Shown here in pieces: positions 61,818 to 64,000 of a stretch of 64,000 nt of DNA. Position numbers and translations under genes: made by a program. The stretch is from Mobula hypostoma (taxonomy: Eukaryota): contig NC_086118.1 of NCBI RefSeq assembly GCF_963921235.1, positions 12,278,001 through 12,342,000 on the forward strand, written 5' to 3'. Each line of letters begins with the position of its first letter. The first letter of the stretch is position 1. Below the pieces are notes generated by a model. The model was not told the origin of the DNA and made no database searches. It saw nothing but the letters and a program-made list of their open reading frames with translations.

Positions 61818-62547
61818 GTGTTTTGTCATGCTTTCAGAAGCAAACTGACTCAAAGGAATTTTAACACAGTTGATTCTCCTTGCAGAGTTTTCTGTTTGGG
61901 TACTTAGAGTGCATCTGCAGGCACCCTGCTGGGTTAGTTAGGTTGGAAGATGATGTAAGTTCTGATCCATTTACATCTGGGGTGATCAAAAGGAATTTCC
62001 ATTCACAACACTGCTTCTGCCTGAGTTAAAGTAAATCACATTTAGATATTACTGGACAACTAACATGTACAAAATTCATGTCCTTCAAAATCAAAACAAA
62101 CATTTTGTGTTGCATTGATGGTTGGATGAAGTTTGTGTAAAATCTTGTGATTGATGCTCAGTATGTATGCATGTGCAAAATCCCTGTTTTCATTCTGTGT
62201 CCCTATCTTTTTACTAATAGCCCATCACAGAACTAGGTTACTCCATCCCTGGACTTCACAGTCACTGGTGCTTTTGAGTACTGATGCTGGAATCTTAGTT
62301 GGTTGATTAATATTGTTTTAGACTAGATTGGGTCCAGCAAGAACATGGATGAATATAGTACTGGGAGGCAGAAAGAAATCTTCTTGTCCTAATGGATTCA
62401 GGGTGTTTTAGACCACAGCTGTCAATAGACGCATTGCAGTCAACTGCATAAGCAGAGTGGAGTTACCAATACACAGAAGTCTAAGTCAAATTCAAGTTTA
62501 TTCTCATATGCATAGATCAGATGAACAGGTCTGAGTGCTTCTGTTGG

Positions 62548-63085
62548 AACATAAAATGATAAGACATAGGAGCAGAATTTGGCCTTTCAGTCCATCGAGT
62601 CTGCTCTGCCATTCCATCATGGCTGATCCCAGATTCCACTCAACCCCATACACCTGCCTTCTCACCATAACCTTTAATGCCCTGACCAATCAGGAAACTA
62701 TCAACTTTTGCTTTAAATATACCCACAGACTTGGCCTCCACAGCTGTCTGTGGCAGAGCATTCCACAGATTTACTACTCACTGGCTAAAAAAATTCCTCC
62801 TTACCTCTGCTCTAAAAGGTCGCCCCTCAATTTTGAGGCTGTGCCCTCTGGTTCTGGATATCCGCACCATAGGAATCATCCTCCCCAAATCCACCTTATC
62901 TAGCCTTTTCAGCATTTGGTAGGTTTGAATGAGATCCCCAGCATTCTTCTAAATTCCAGTGAGTACAGACCCAAAGCTGCCAAATGCTGCTCATATGTTA
63001 ACCCCCTCATTCCTGGAATCACCTGCTGTGAGACAACACTTCCTTTCTGAGATATGGGACCCAAAACTGTTGACGACACTCCAAC
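62548..63085 (-). mobile_element. CR1 3' fragment
   Basis: IPGMRGLTYEQHLAALGLYSLEFRRM. Confidence 0.85.
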
Positions 63086-64000
63086 ATCTACCTGAGTTAA
63101 TGAACTTGGACAAGAGGAATGCCGTAATACTTGGAGATACAAGAAACTACAGATGCTGTTTCTGAGTAGAGTTTTGGGTGTTTTCATGATTTCTGTATCT
63201 TCTGCCCAATGGGAGAGGGGAAAAGGGAGAATGTCCGAGGTGGGAGAGTCTTTCATTATGTTGGCTGCTTTACCAAGGCAGTAAGAATGTTGACTGGGAT
63301 TTAGAGTCCTGATATGGGATTCCAATCCAAAGCATCAACAAGTCCTTTCTCCACACAGAAGCTACTTGAGACTATTCAGCTCAATGAATCTATGCCAGCC
63401 ATCAAAGCAATCATGTCAGTCCTATTCTCTACTTACTTTCCTTTAACCTCTTCAGCATAACATGCCACCCACCACCCACGGGATTAGGGAGGACACCAGG
63501 GCCACAGGGAGAAATTGCAAAGCGCTCTCCTGACGCCAGAACTGAACCTATGTCACTGGAGCTGTGAGACAACCACACTGCCTGCTGTGCTATCGTCTGC
63601 CTGGAATTCCTGGAACATTTAGAAATAATCAACATCCATCACAGATGTTTACCACCAGCAAATCAAGGGAGCAGCATACAGGGTCTTGTCAGTTCTATCA
63701 GTAACTTGTCTGCTCGCAAATTGACATTAGGGGAATCCATAAATGACAAGTCTATGCTCTTTTCAGACAACTGCTGCTTGTGCAGGCAGTTCACTGTTGA
63801 AGGGATGTTGTGGCTCTACAGTCCACAATTATTGCTGAACAATTATGGACTACCAGACCCTCAATATACTGCTCAAACTGTTGAGGCTTCTGGGAGCAGT
63901 TCACTACTTTAACTGCTTCTGCACAAGCCCTGTGAGGTTTGGCTCAGAAATTGAAGTAACCCTATTAGCCCTCTGAGAGAAAGTAAGCACTAATGCTGGA

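Noticed and set aside
1..64000. Prokaryotic systems (CRISPR arrays, operons, rRNA/tRNA genes)
   Set aside because: The sequence is vertebrate repeat-rich DNA. There are no regularly spaced repeats, and tRNA-like pieces are degenerate SINE heads.

Overview
Eukaryotic, repeat-dense, essentially non-genic DNA (intron or intergenic). It is most likely from a cartilaginous fish (shark or ray), inferred from the mix of CR1 LINEs, Penelope elements, Rex1-like LINEs and HE1- and Deu-type SINEs. No intact host gene is present; there is one candidate short exon at 16868-16940. The main feature is a Gypsy (Mag-like) LTR retrotransposon at about 42.1-49.9 kb. Its RT/RNaseH/integrase region has been replaced by two captured, intronless host mRNA fragments joined tail-to-tail: SUDS3 (sense, with 5' UTR, apparently in frame with the protease) and RNF213 (antisense). 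The element was later hit by nested insertions and split by an inversion of about 4.2 kb, which can be reconstructed from several independent junctions. The window also holds a degraded class III (ERV-L-like) endogenous retrovirus with PPT and 3' LTR, a solo LTR, and many Penelope-borne minimal hammerhead ribozyme motifs. Protein identities come from my recall of vertebrate sequences, not database searches. Repeat boundaries without a TSD are approximate.
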